DNA of 63,407 nucleotides, the filler included, from Neoconidiobolus thromboides FSU 785 (taxonomy: Eukaryota > Fungi > Entomophthoromycota), in NCBI GenBank assembly GCA_025603075.1. It is 7 parts of 7 records of this genome, joined end to end, with 100 filler letters (N's around TTAATTAATTAA, not from the genome) between each part and the next. Parts side by side here need not be neighbours in the genome. Positions count along the whole stretch, not along the records: positions 24,025 to 31,134 come from MU626713.1; positions 31,235 to 33,009 come from MU626917.1; positions 33,110 to 34,343 come from MU627013.1; positions 34,444 to 63,407 come from MU626495.1; 3 more parts are not named here. One strand, written 5' to 3'. This document shows, in pieces, positions 24,612 to 38,969 of the stretch (position 1 is the stretch's first letter; every line of letters begins with the position of its first letter). A program made the translations under genes and the position numbers. A model generated the notes under the pieces. It did no database searches, was not told the DNA's origin, and saw only the letters and a list, made by a program, of their open reading frames with translations.

Positions 24612-24711
24612 ACAGAATGTGTTTTTTGTTTAAGGATTTTACCAACAACCTTTCCACTCAAATAGCGCTTAAAAAATGGAAAAAGTAATGAAACCAAAAA
24701 AACATCCTCCC
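24612..24711. mobile_element. MITE family 1 (orientation A)
   Basis: Internal consensus intact, left end degenerate. Confidence 0.85.
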
Positions 24712-25899
24712 TATATTTAAAAAGAATGGAAACCTGAATAAATATCTTTTATTGACTCTCAGTATAGAACGCATAAGCATCATTACGTAGTGTGGTAAGT
24801 ATTGGAGAGTTGCTAATATGATTAATATTGATACATTTGTGACTGCTGATCTTGAGAATATCTCTTTTAATGATAGAGTACATAAGTCATTTTCATTTTC
24901 AAATATCGAAAAGGCTTTAAAACAAACATTAAACTTGTTTTTGTTAAGTAATAATAAGTTATATTTTAAGATAATTTTAAAATATATATGTTTATAAAAT
25001 TATAATATAGATTAATAAATATTGAAGTCTTAAACACATTTGAAAGATCTATAATAAAAGTTTTTACTGATAAAAAAATCAAAATTAAAATATTACTTAC
25101 TATTTTAGATAAAATAAAGTTGATATCAAAAAACTGTTTTTTTATTTATCTAATATATACATAATACTAAGCCATCATCATCATATTGCGCCCCTTTTCT
25201 TTTGCTTTAAAATTTAAAATTTAAAATAAAATATATCTATAAACTGTACTGTGTGTAACCTTAGTTTTTAGCTAAAAAGTTTAGGATGTTTTTTTACAGC
25301 CTCTGTTGTTTTAGTGTCAACAACATGATTGATCAGGTTATAAGTGTTATCAATTTAAAATGAGAATCATAATATCCATGACATTAAGCTTTTCAAATTC
25401 TTATTTTTCAGTCTTTATTTTTTACCAAGCTTTAAAAAAATGTCACTTTACACTTATACCCAAAACGTATTTATATTTATTATTAGTTTCAAATTCTTGA
25501 TGGTTAACTTCATTAAATTCTTAATGTAATTCAATAGTCGGAGTAAAAAAAATCCTTACACTACATAATACATTTCAAAATGAATTTAGCCAGTTTACAG
25601 TACTGGGGGCCATGTATTAATATTCACTTACTCTAAATACCGCACAGTTTTAGTTTTAAAGATGAGAGAGCTATATTAATATGAATTGTTTTTCTTAAAG
25701 AATGACTATTTGTAAATTAAATATCTAAAAACGTTGATTCAATGTAAACAAAAAATCGTCTTGATTTTGTAATATTATTAAAAGTAATAAATTTAAGTTA
25801 TTCAAATAAAGTCGATTGAATAAACGTTTAATCATTTCAAGATCCAGGTTTTTTCGTCTATAAATTTTATAATATTATATATATTCTACTAGGTTATAA

Positions 25900-26735
25900 T
25901 ACATATTTATGTATTAATTCTTTTGAGTTCTGAATTGCTATTAATTTCGAAAAAAACTTCCCAGATAGATATCTATACTTCGTTATTTATTGGAACTAAG
26001 TAATTTTAATTATTTGTAACAATATTTAGCTAAAATGTCACATGTTAATGATATTAGAAATAACTTTTTACAATTAAAAATTAAATTCATGTTTTTTTGA
26101 TGAATCTTTAAGTTCCTTTTAAAATTATTTCCATATCCTCCTCTTCTGTTTTATTGCCAATTAATACCATATCATCAGCCGTCAAGTGGTTTATCTAAAC
26201 TAAATATACTTGTACCTAACCTCCCTATTTTAAAGTTCAATTTAACAATGTATCAATCAACATAATCGATCACAATAGGGGTAGCGAGATCCTCCTGCTC
26301 CAGTCCATATATTGATATTGGAGTATACTCATCGATATGGCCATAAAAAGCTTTGGTTTTATAGTTTCTATGTGTAAAACAAGCTAATAAATTTCTAGAT
26401 TGATGAATTCTCGCAAAGTTTAAGCCTTAAGCTTTAATTAAAGATTCCCTAAGTTTACAGAATGTTAACCTCAGAAATATCTAAAGAAATAATAATGGAT
26501 TTGTTTTGATATTTAAATGCATTTATTATATCAATCAATCATAAAATTAAAATTGCTCAATGAATGAATTTTCCCTTTTTGGTAAATAAACAAAATTTGT
26601 ATAAAAATATCCCCTCTCCATTGTTGAACGAAATACTTTGAGGGACCTCTCCTATTGACTAAAACTGAAAACAATAATTTTAAAAGGGTTTCTAATAAAA
26701 AAGCTATTGGTCTAAAGCAATTGTTACACATCCAA
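25900..26735 (-). mobile_element. Decayed non-LTR (LINE-like) reverse transcriptase
   Basis: Motifs in correct order across frames: NCFRPIAFLLETLLKLLFSVLVNR, IIISLDIS, YGLEQEDLATPIV, INHLTADDMVLI (ADD at 26171-26179), LIFNCKK, IYLG (about 25960). Confidence 0.82.
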
Positions 26736-27657
26736 CTAAATTTTATCTTTCATGTATGAGCTAATTTCTAACTTTTTTATAAATTGTATTTGGAAAGTAC
26801 TTCGATTTTATTATATTAATTGATTAAACCAAGTTTGATAAAGTACACTATTTGAATACTTTTTTCCAAAACACTATTTCAAAAATGGTTGTAAATTTTC
26901 TTTATTACGGATGTTTAGCTTTATCACATTTGTAAATAGTCTATAAGTTGTTTTACAAAAAGGTCTTGGGCTTTAATATGAAATTTTCTTTAAGTGAATT
27001 CTACAGTGTTTTACTAAAAGCTATAAAACATGTATATTATATCAAAAAAGATAATCGTATTACAATTTACAATTAATGTCTATCAATGTCCTGGTATTTA
27101 TTTGTTTCAATTTCTTGCTATGTTTAAATTTTGTCTAATGTATGTACTTTCCTATTTCTATTATATAAAACAATGATGTTCGCTAAATTTTGTATATAAT
27201 TAATTGAACTTGCTTTGTTTATTTTAGTCTTTTAATATGTTAATGATTCTGTGGTTTCTTTCTTTTTTGCTCTACTGGTTGTTTATTTATTGTATTGGCT
27301 ATCGTTTTACTCTACTATTATATTTGAAAGTTCAATCCAGTTTATATTATAGAGCACTTTCCGACTTTTTATCACTTATATCCCCTTGAGTATAATATTG
27401 AACTTTTCTCAACTAATTCCTTTCTAAAATTTGACTCAAACCAACCCCCATGGTAAGTCTAAAATACATATTAATATATTTGATGAAAAGTGTTCATACC
27501 ATTTTATTAATTGTAGCCTTATAAATAGATACTTATTTAAATTTTCATACACTAACTAGACCACAATCTATTAAACTCTTAGATTAGGAAAATAGTACAT
27601 TAAAAATTAACATTTTTAGTTATAAAGTTGATTAATTTAATAAGCAATATTCAATAT

Positions 27658-28590
27658 GTAGGGTATAATATATCTGAATTTTTGGTTTCATTATTTTATC
27701 CAATTTTTAAATATTTTCTATTTTGTTTTAAAAACTTTGCTTAAAATTCTATAAAATCAAATTTTCTCATCAAAACAAAAGTATCCGGGGATACAGCTCT
27801 AAATCATTATATTATAGCTTATACTGTAGGTTAGTTATTTCTAATAGATGAGGCTATATTTTTGTGCTTAAGAATTTTACCAACAAATTTTTCACTCAAA
27901 TAGCACTTAAAAGATGAAAAAGTGATGAAGCCAAAAAAAGCATCCCCAGAGAGAGATCTTAAATATCCACACCATTATAATAAACCTTTATTGGGAAATA
28001 TTTATTGTTGGTTAGCGAATACCTGAACGAGGGGAAGTAATTAGTCCTAGAGCTATGATTAACTATCCCGATGTAATGCAACCAATATAATAACAGTTTT
28101 TACTTAATATTATAGCTAACTTCTTAGTAAATATCGATAATTTTAAATTCTTTGTTATTTTTGTAGGGTAAGAAGCTGGGATTGATCTTTTAATTTTTCT
28201 GTTTTACATAAACTCTATAACTTTAATTGGAACTATATCGCTTTTTTTGATGTATCAGATACTGGATAACAATGTAGTTTATTGTTATGTTTAATAAAGT
28301 GTAAATACTTCTTAATGCCCTGCATCTTTATTATTCTTTTTGTATTTCTGTTTCTTTTATACTTTTTAAAAATTATATCCGTTTTCCCGTTATTAACAGT
28401 CGAGTTATTAATTTTATTATGCTCGCCAATAAAAGCCTCAAATCTTGAAATTAATTGATTAATGTCTTCTATTTTGCCTAATGCTTTGCTTCAAAACTAC
28501 TTTTCCATTTTGAAAGATTTCCAAAATGTCCAACTATACTTTTTCCATGATACTCAGCAAAAAAATTAAGACCAATATTTAAACTACTCT
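27658..28590. mobile_element. Long family 2 element with an inserted family 1 MITE
   Basis: Colinear with 14139-15170; interrupted at 27850. Confidence 0.8.
27850..27947. mobile_element. MITE family 1 (orientation A), nested
   Basis: Left flank AGAT, right flank AGAGAG-AGAT; the empty site TAGATCTTAAATA is seen in the 30823 copy. Confidence 0.88.
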
Positions 28591-28764
28591 TTATTTTATG
28601 GATTTCTTTAAATATATAGTGTAGAAACTCTTGGGATCTAAAACGATTTCCTGTATCTGCCCATATATTGATTTTTGTAAACTTTTTAAATAAAAGCTCT
28701 GTAGAGATTAAATCGACTAAACAATTTCCTGTATATATGATCGTCCTAATTAATCTCAGAATTT

Positions 28765-28859
28765 ACTTAGAAGTTAATCCAAACTCTAAGATTTTAAATC
28801 TACGTCTTTAACGCGACAGTTAAATTTAAAAAGCCTAAATTAAATCTCTTTATTTAAAA
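28765..28859. repeat. ~95-bp dispersed repeat, inverted copy of 24323-24418
   Basis: See 24323-24418. Confidence 0.85.
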
Positions 28860-28890
28860 CCTATTTTAATTGTTTCCTTCTCTTAAATAG

Positions 28891-29029
28891 TTAATTTTTC
28901 TAACTATATGTTTTATGTTATTTCTGTTAAATGTTTAATAAGTGTATTTATATAAGTATATAGCTGTATATTATACATTTGTTAAACATTTGACAGGAAT
29001 AACATAAAACATATAGTTGGAAAAATCAA
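28891..29029. repeat. 57-bp inverted repeat with 25-nt spacer
   Basis: Arms 28891-28947 and 28973-29029; 51 of 57 positions Watson-Crick. Confidence 0.95.
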
Positions 29030-29367
29030 TTTGGACAACCCCAAATAGTTATTTATAAAAATAGCTAGACAGATCCTAGATAACTTATTAAGTTTATTTA
29101 GATTTTAATAATCTTTACTTAATCTGCATACTATACTAAAGCCTATAATTTTATAATTTTAAAGCCTATTTAGCCAAATAGCTTTCATTCAGCATTATAA
29201 CCAAATATAGTTTATTTTAGAGAAACATGGTTGATCATAAAAATAGTGTTGTAGAATATATAGTTTAAATACTTTTATAGTATGAATAATTGAAAAGTGT
29301 TTTTTTCTGCTATAGTATGATTTTTTTATGTGTTTCAATAAAGTTTTAAAAGTATGAGCTATTATAT

Positions 29368-29464
29368 GGTGATGTTTTTGATTTCATTACTTTTCCATCT
29401 TTTAAAAGCCCTATTTGAGCGGAAAAATTGTTAGCAAAATTCCTAAACAAAAAGATACATCCCG
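29368..29464. mobile_element. MITE family 1 (orientation B)
   Basis: ATAT on both flanks. Confidence 0.9.
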
Positions 29465-29986
29465 ATATATTTGTAATTACTGTCATCAAGTTAACAAAAC
29501 ACTTTTAGCTGCAGTTAAAATAACATTGGTATACAAGGAAAAAGGCTTTGAAAAGCTTAAAAACATTAATACCTAGGGACATTAAACAGCTTATTAATGC
29601 TTGATTTTTTTCTTTAATAATTAAAATAATAGAATGGCTTAAGTTTAAAAAACCCTTTGTAAATCTTTGGCAATAATTTATTAATCTAATGAATACTTGT
29701 ATTTCTATCATAATTAAAAACTCTTTTATTGCATCTGATTTATTGGAAACAAAGGCTAAACTTTCACCAAAGGCCTAAAATAACCTAAAAATTCCAGGCT
29801 AATTTAAAAAAAATGAATCATTTGGTTCTAATTTTAAGTTAGCTTGACAAGGCTATTTAAATGCTACTTTAGGCTCAGGTTAAGTAATCTATGGAAGTCT
29901 CTAAAAACACGTTCAAGTTATTTAAATAACTTGATATATAGAAGCTTGAAATCATTTAATATATTATCTATAAGATATTAAAATAT

Positions 29987-30081
29987 GGGGGTGTTTTTTT
30001 GACTTCACTTTTTCCTTTTTTTAAACGCCATTTGAGCGGAAAAATTCTTAGTAAAATCCTTATACGTAAAAATACATCTCC
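29987..30081. mobile_element. MITE family 1 (orientation B)
   Basis: Flanks ATAT / ATGT. Confidence 0.88.
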
Positions 30082-30192
30082 ATGTAGCAAAAGCATTTAA
30101 AAGGCCTTATAGCATCTTAGCTGGTTAAAATAGCCTTTTGAAAGCAATTAAAGTGAATTTCTACCTTAAGTTCAGACTGAGATTCATAATAT

Positions 30193-30290
30193 GGGGCTGT
30201 TTTTTTTGGTTTCATTATTTTTCCATTTTTTAAGCGCTATTTGAGTGGAAAATTTGTTAGTAAAATTCTTAAACACAAAAATACATCCCT
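30193..30290. mobile_element. MITE family 1 (orientation B)
   Basis: Left flank ATAT; near-consensus body. Confidence 0.9.
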
Positions 30291-30822
30291 AGCGTTTTTC
30301 TCAATAAGCAAAATTTAGTTATTAAGGGCTTTTTCATAAACTTGAGATTTTTTTAGTATTGTTTTTCGTATAAACTATATCAACTTATTGACTTCTAAAA
30401 ATGCTGATGTTTTTTAGTAGTATTAGCAAGCAATGACTCGGTAGCCTTATTTATATTATTATTTAAAATTTTAGGCATAATTAGAGGTCTCAATTATAAA
30501 ATACTTTTTATATTGTATATAAACATAAAACTCTTTAAGTGTACCCATAATAAGATTTTAGTCTAGTACTACTTATGATTTAGCTGATATTAGTAAATTT
30601 TTAGAGAAAATAATAAAAGTTTCAGACTACCTTGTATGCTATATCTGGATATTGATAAATCATAGATTATAATATGCAAAAAGTAATACTAACTAATTTG
30701 TTATTAATTTAATAGCTTATTATATAGTATTCAAAGATTTTATTGATTATAATGTTAATAGCTGAGTTCCGTTAGCTTATTGTAGTATATTAAAGTAAAT
30801 TGACCTAACACTTTTAAGATGT

Positions 30823-31134
30823 GGGGTTGTCTGAATTAGTTTCATTATTTTATCCAATTTTTGAAAAATTTTGTATTTTAAAAACTTCGCTTAAAATTCT
30901 ATAAAATCACATCTTTTATTAAAACAAAAGTACCCAAACACAGTTCTAAATCATTCTATTATAGCTCATACTGTAAGTTAGTTGAATTTCTACTAGATCT
31001 TAAATACATGTTCTTATAAAGCTTAATTGAGAAATATTTATTATCAACTGCTTTATAACCAACATCGTAGATTTATTATCAAATAAATAAACTACTTTAA
31101 TGTTATAATTACATTATTAATATATTGCCAAGTT
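30823..31134. mobile_element. Long family 2 element, left part running into a gap
   Basis: GGGGTTGTCTGAATT start; colinear with 14139 and 27658 copies. Confidence 0.82.
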
Positions 31135-31234
31135 NNNNNNNNNNNNNNNNNNNNNNNNNNNNNNNNNNNNNNNNNNNNTTAATTAATTAANNNNNNNNNN
31201 NNNNNNNNNNNNNNNNNNNNNNNNNNNNNNNNNN

Positions 31235-31960
31235 AGCTTGTAAATTTTGTAAAGTGATTGGAATTCTATGAGGATATTGAAGTTGTTCATGTATTCTAGA
31301 ATGAAACAAATCAAATAAATAGCTCGTTATTTCATTTCTTTCCATATGATTTAACCCAGCTAGCAAAATACACATTCTTAGTAATAAATTCTTTGAATTG
31401 AAATTAAAGTATGATTTAATAAATATTGGAAATATATTATTATTGTACTGAAAATAGCTCTCATATGCTTGTAACAATATACTATTTAAATCTTTAATTT
31501 CTCTAATTAAAACTGATAATTGAAACTTTTTCTTTTTAGTAGGAAGTATACCAAAAAAATCAAAAATTGGTATTACTGTTGAAATGTCATAATTGGAAAC
31601 AAATGGATTAATACATTGTAAGCAAGTCATTGTATTTTGTAATACATATTTGAATGGAAACTTTGTAAATGTATAAGTAGGTGTATAAGTCAGATTGAAG
31701 TTTTTTGGTAGTAAAATAATCTGTGGTTCATGTGTTAGAAATAATAATGAAGAGTTGGTTGTTTTACCCTCCTTTTTAACTTTAAATGTCGATATTTTAT
31801 CTTCTATATAATATAAATTCTTCTTCGCTATTGCTTTTCTTACATAACTACAATCACTGAATATCTTAATACATCTTGAACATTTCGGCATAAGTCGATC
31901 GCATGCTCGATGCCCTTTGAAACATTGATCACACCTATTGGGATTTTTAACTTGGCACAT
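31235..31960 (-). CDS. Zn2Cys6 transcription factor, 3' part lost in gap
   Basis: CDQCFKGHRACDRLMPKCSRCIKIFSDC cluster; ITLQNLQA motif shared with 18637-20307. Confidence 0.88.
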
Positions 31961-34296
31961 GAATTCTTAATTGATAACAAGTTCAAGAAGTCTATTGAAT
32001 TTCCTCAATAAAATCAGAGAAAATTATCTTTTTTAATAATTATATTTTAGTTTAGAGCAAATTAAAGCCTTATTTAATTCTAAAATTCGACTATTACATA
32101 AAATTCTTATTCTAAACTGTTTTGAATTATTTTAACCAATAAAATCATATCATAAATTGTTTGATTTTTATTAGATTTATTTAAAACTGCCTTTTTTTCT
32201 TAATAAAGAGATGCTTACATTTATTAAATATCAAAGGAGCAAAAGTAGTGGATAAATAAAGTAAATTATAATTCACTAACAATTTTATCAATAAAAAAGT
32301 CGATAAATGAATCTATCTTTTATTCTACTCTAAAAGTTAACTTCCTTAGATTTTATAATCAAGTAGTTCGTCTATATCATCATACATTATGTCGATTGTA
32401 AAATTGATCTGAATTTTAAACAAAGGTGAAAGCTGCCTTTTATTAAACTCTCAAGTATGCTTTTAATAACATCCTAGCATCATGTATAAAAAAACCTTTA
32501 TTTTATTAGCCTTTAAATTAATATAACTCGGTTTTAATTATAATAAATAACTCTTAAATTTTTGATTCCGAAATACTATATTAATTTATTATATTGTTTG
32601 AGCATTTTACATCACATCGATATAAATTTAAACAAAATACTAAAACATTGAAATCATTAAACTTCTACTTTCTTGCTGAAATAAATACATAAAAGACCAT
32701 TTAATGTATTTTAGGTTTTTTAATTGATGACCAAGGAACAGTAAAAGAAGATATAGCATAATCAAAGATAATAAAGAAGGATCTCAATTAGTGAAAAGGG
32801 TAATATACAAGTTAAAAAAGCATAAAGATAGTATTTGAATAATAGTAGAGCATTTTACATCTGAATAAACCCCACCCTTAAGCAGATGGTAGCTTTTTAA
32901 ATGTAGAATTGTGTTTACATTTTGGATCCGTCTTAGCCAGCAATTGATGTAAAATAAACGCTTCATTTTGTAAGCCTGTGATTTTCAAATAAAGAGAATG
33001 ATTTTCTTGNNNNNNNNNNNNNNNNNNNNNNNNNNNNNNNNNNNNNNNNNNNNTTAATTAATTAANNNNNNNNNNNNNNNNNNNNNNNNNNNNNNNNNNN
33101 NNNNNNNNNTTTTTTTATATTTTTTTATATTTTTTTAATATTTTTTTTTATCACATCTTAATATTTTGTATTATAGCATTATATAGTATTATTGCATTTC
33201 AAAGATAGCTTTTCTAATTATATTCATCTAAAATATATACTGGCTTTTCAATGGTCACAGATTACTTGAAGACTTCTTTCTTAAAGCTTTCGTGTTAATT
33301 ATGTTTAGCTATTTATAAAAGTATTAGTTTCAGATTCTTCCTCATCATACTACCTTAGTCAATTATAACTAACTGTTTTTCTATTTAAAAAGTTACCAAA
33401 TATAGATGTAAAATGATTAGTATTTCATTTGCTTATCTATAAAAATCAGGAAGAAACTAAGTTAATCTCTTTTCTGACCGTATCTCCAGTAAGTTATCGC
33501 CGTCATTTAAGCTATTATCATTTCAGTGTAATTAAAATTAATTAGTATTAGCTTTTAGGATTTAGAAGTGTTTCACAATTTAACTCTAAATCCGTAAATA
33601 TGAATAAGGAAAGTCATAAAATAATAATAATTATAAAATAATAGAAAAATTAACACACCCATTCATAATGAAATTTATGAATAAAATCAAGTAACAAGTT
33701 TTTTGTTTAAGAAATTGACTAATCATTAAGTTCAATTTTAAATAACTTGTAAAGTGAACATAGTAATAAACATAAAGCTACAAAAAGAAGGTCATTTGTA
33801 TTTTTTACAAGTTAGCATCAAACTTTTATGATTTTAAAATAGCACTTTGTAAAGTGATAAAATAACTTGTGAAAGCCAAAGCTAAAGCTATAATCAGAAT
33901 AATATTTAAAGCACTACTATGTAATTTGGATTAAAGGTTACAAACTTATAATAAACTTCAAAATTAAATTTAATAACATGACACTAAGGCAATAAGCTTA
34001 ACAATAATAAACATTTCATTCAAAACCCCAACAAAACTAATGATTCTTTGCCTATATACCATATTAAGTAATATTAGTACATTGATATTAAAAATTAGCC
34101 CATCTAATTGACAGCCTACTGAAAAATAAAGTCAAGCAATATCAAATGACTTGGACTATTTAAAACAACTAATTTAAAGATAAGGTAAGAGTATAAAAAG
34201 ATAGATAACAGTCAATAAACTTTCGTTTTCTTTTTTTATTTCGATTTGAAGTACAAAATGAGTGGAAGTCAGCAAAACAAAAATACAATCGAATGT

Positions 34297-34297
<1 letters not shown>

Positions 34298-34343
<46 letters not shown>
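34298..34343. repeat. (AAT)n microsatellite, about 15 units, running into a gap
   Basis: Directly visible. Confidence 0.95.
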
Positions 34344-34443
34344 NNNNNNNNNNNNNNNNNNNNNNNNNNNNNNNNNNNNNNNNNNNNTTAATTAATTAAN
34401 NNNNNNNNNNNNNNNNNNNNNNNNNNNNNNNNNNNNNNNNNNN

Positions 34444-35219
34444 CCAATGTATTTATTGACCATAAACATCCAGCTTATGACACTAAGTTTCCATTGCCTG
34501 GTGTTTTAATTTTCAAACCTCAAGAGTCTTTAATCTTTCCCAATATTGATTACTTTAAAACTTGTATTTTAGATTTAGTCCTAGAAGCTACTAAAAGTGG
34601 TGCTCCACCTACAAAATCCGAAAATAAATTATGGTGTGAAGATTTGGAACAAAGAGGGCATAAGCTTCGTAAATTACGTGAAGAAAAGACTGGAATTGCT
34701 GCTCCAAGTGTTGATTCTTTGCCTTTACTTAAAGCAATCATTTTGGACTTTGGCTCTGTTAATCTCATCGATTCTTCTGGACTAGAAGGTTTATTCGATA
34801 TCAGAGATACCTTATCCAAATACGCCGGGGTAGAAGCACTCAACAAATCATCTCTAGAAAACAATAAAGAGCCCAAAAAACTGGACTCTATAGAAGAAAT
34901 CAATGAAGAGTTTATAGAAAGCCCAAACAATCAATTAAATGATGCTTTTTTTGAAATTCACTTTGTATCCACTCATCCTCAAGTACTTAAAGTGTTAGAA
35001 TTATCTGGAATTACTACTCCAGTTGCCCCAATCATCCTTCCTTCTGTAGTAAAGCATTTAACCGCAAATACTATGTCGGTTCAAGACAGTGTAATGACTA
35101 CATCTAGTCTTGCAGCAGGTATTGAACCGATTGTAAGTAATGCTTCTTTATTTGTACATCTTACAGTAGGTGATGCTGTTAAAAGAATATGTAAAAGGAT
35201 GGCCAAAAGTAGATCTTAA
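34444..35219 (+). CDS. SulP/SLC26 anion (sulfate) transporter, C-terminal STAS region only
   Basis: Frame open from the gap edge; PGVLIFKPQESLIFPNIDYF and KAIILDFGSVNLIDSSGLEGL are STAS motifs; transmembrane part absent from the window. Confidence 0.85.
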
Positions 35220-35837
35220 CTATATAGTCAATCAGTTTTTTTGATAAATGTCTCAATAGTCTACACTATTTGCTTTTTAATATAATATCTTCCACATTTT
35301 AACATATATGTCATAATTAAAAGCTAGTTGTATGGCTAAAATTGAAATATAAACTAGTAGTAATTTTTTTAATCAAGTTGGGTGCTATCTCAAAAATTTG
35401 TTAAACACCTTATTAAAGAAAAGGTTAAAATTTTGAACTTATTACTTTAATATTAATAATTTTGTTATTTCATAATATTTTAAATAAAAAATATGAAGGT
35501 GCTACACCATTAAGGAAAAACCATTTATAATATTTTATTTATGTCTAAATGTTTTTTTAATTATAATTTTAAAATTACCTCTAATGTCTAAAAACAACCT
35601 GTATAATAAAAAATGCACTCTCATTATTAGGTAATAAATTCATTAAAATGGTTTGATTTTAAAAATTAAGTTATATAATTAAATTGTATTTAATCAAAGT
35701 AAAATAAGTAAAATAAGTAAAATAATATTGAGGATAGATAAAATGTTGTCTAAAAAAAAGTACAGCTTATAAAAAAATGATATGGCTCCCCCCATATATA
35801 GTAGATGCGTTTTTGTTCTATTTTAATTGTTAACCAT

Positions 35838-36635
35838 TTATTTTCTTTTATTAACTATAGGAAGTTGGAGGGCGGACATGAGAAGTCTGGCATTAGGATC
35901 ACGGTAAGAAGTGGTATTAAAAACGATATTAAAACCAGAAATATTAGGTATCATATCATAAATAATTTCTAAATCTGGGAATAAACCTACAGCAGAAGGT
36001 GGGAACCCTAAAGCTAAGTTACCTGTACCATCTCCAGATTGAGAAGAGAAGCCCTCCCATTCTTTAATTCTTGGTAATACTACTTCTACTAATTTATCTA
36101 AAAATGAATACATAGCCCCACCAGTTAAAGTAACTTGGCAACCAACTGGTTGACCTTTTCGTAGTTTCCATACAGCCACATTGGATTTTGATACTACTGT
36201 AGTTGCTTTTTCGCCAGTAATAGATTGTAACATAAGGTAAGCGGAAAGCAAAGCATATTTGTTAGTGATAGCTTCTTTCATCATAAGTTGTATTTCAATC
36301 TTTTCTAATTCTGGAATATTATTTGGACCTATCAATAAATCGGAAGGTCTCTTTGGTCGAATACTACCTTTTTTATGAATAATTTTTCCATCTTCATCAA
36401 ATCTAGGACCTTGAAAACTTTCTCTTTTGTATGGTTGGTTTTGAGTAGCATCTACTTCTTTTCCAGGATATTGAAACTTCATGGCCATTAAATCTTCTTG
36501 TATAACATCATAATAAAAATCTTGCAATCTATTGTATCCTATGCTACCCCCGCTTTTCACTTTATTCGCTGCATTACTAATGCTTCTATACCCTAATCTA
36601 TGTGTCAATGGTTTTAGCAGTTTTGTAAAATTCAT
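35838..36635 (-). CDS. MRPL7: Mitochondrial ribosomal protein uL5m
   Basis: LQSITGEK, SNVAVWKLRKGQPVGCQVTL, FLDKLVEVVLPRIKEWEG, GDGTGNLALG; N-terminus resembles a targeting peptide. Confidence 0.92.
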   Translation of the reverse strand: MNFTKLLKPLTHRLGYRSISNAANKVKSGGSIGYNRLQDFYYDVIQEDLMAMKFQYPGKEVDATQNQPYKRESFQGPRFDEDGKIIHKKGSIRPKRPSDLLIGPNNIPELEKIEIQLMMKEAITNKYALLSAYLMLQSITGEKATTVVSKSNVAVWKLRKGQPVGCQVTLTGGAMYSFLDKLVEVVLPRIKEWEGFSSQSGDGTGNLALGFPPSAVGLFPDLEIIYDMIPNISGFNIVFNTTSYRDPNARLLMSALQLPIVNKRK

Positions 36636-36955
36636 TTTTTTATAGTTTTATTTTTTTAATTCAATTTAATTTTTTAAATTAGCTAGAATCATTTAGTATC
36701 ATTATTATGGGTAAAATGGATTATTTTATTCTCCTTTAACCAATGACTATTAATTAATGTTTGACCAATTAAATTTTAACAGAATTACTAAGCTTCCTTT
36801 CGTCATCATCTAATTGAAAAGCTATAGCTTAGAGATTTTATTTTTATTTTTATTTAATTCAACTGATTTTTTTACGAAGCGGAGAGCAAATAAAGAAATT
36901 CAACAAAATATTACAGAAAGACAAACTCATTTTTAAAAGCAATTAAGTAAAAAAA

Positions 36956-38475
<1,520 letters not shown>

Positions 38476-38870
38476 ATTTCAAGATTTTTTTATTAATGTT
38501 CCACTTATTTTTTTATTTAATTTAGAGTTTATTTTATAATGATATTACTAATTTATACTGTTTATTATATTTAATGTGCCTATAACAAAATTTCGTTTTT
38601 GTATATTTTATATGCGCCTTTATTTTTGATATTTGTTTTAAATACAATAATTTAAAACAAGATACTATTCTTAACTGAAACTTCTCAAAGTAAATAAACT
38701 TTTATAACATTAAAATTGAAACTTCACTTTAATTTTAAATATTATTTAAAATTTTGTTTTTTATGTTTCTAAAAATGTTATAAAAGTAAATTTTTGTTTG
38801 ATAAGAACATCATAACTTGAAAGAATAAAATTATTTCTAATTTCAATTTTTTTTATCAGATTCAATATAT

Positions 38871-38969
38871 GGGGATGTATTTTTGTGTTTAAGAGCTTTA
38901 CTAATAATTTTTCCACTCGAATAGCACTTAAAGGATGGAAAAAGTAATGAAATTAGAAAAAACATCCCT
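38871..38969. mobile_element. MITE family 1 (orientation A)
   Basis: ATAT on both flanks. Confidence 0.9.
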
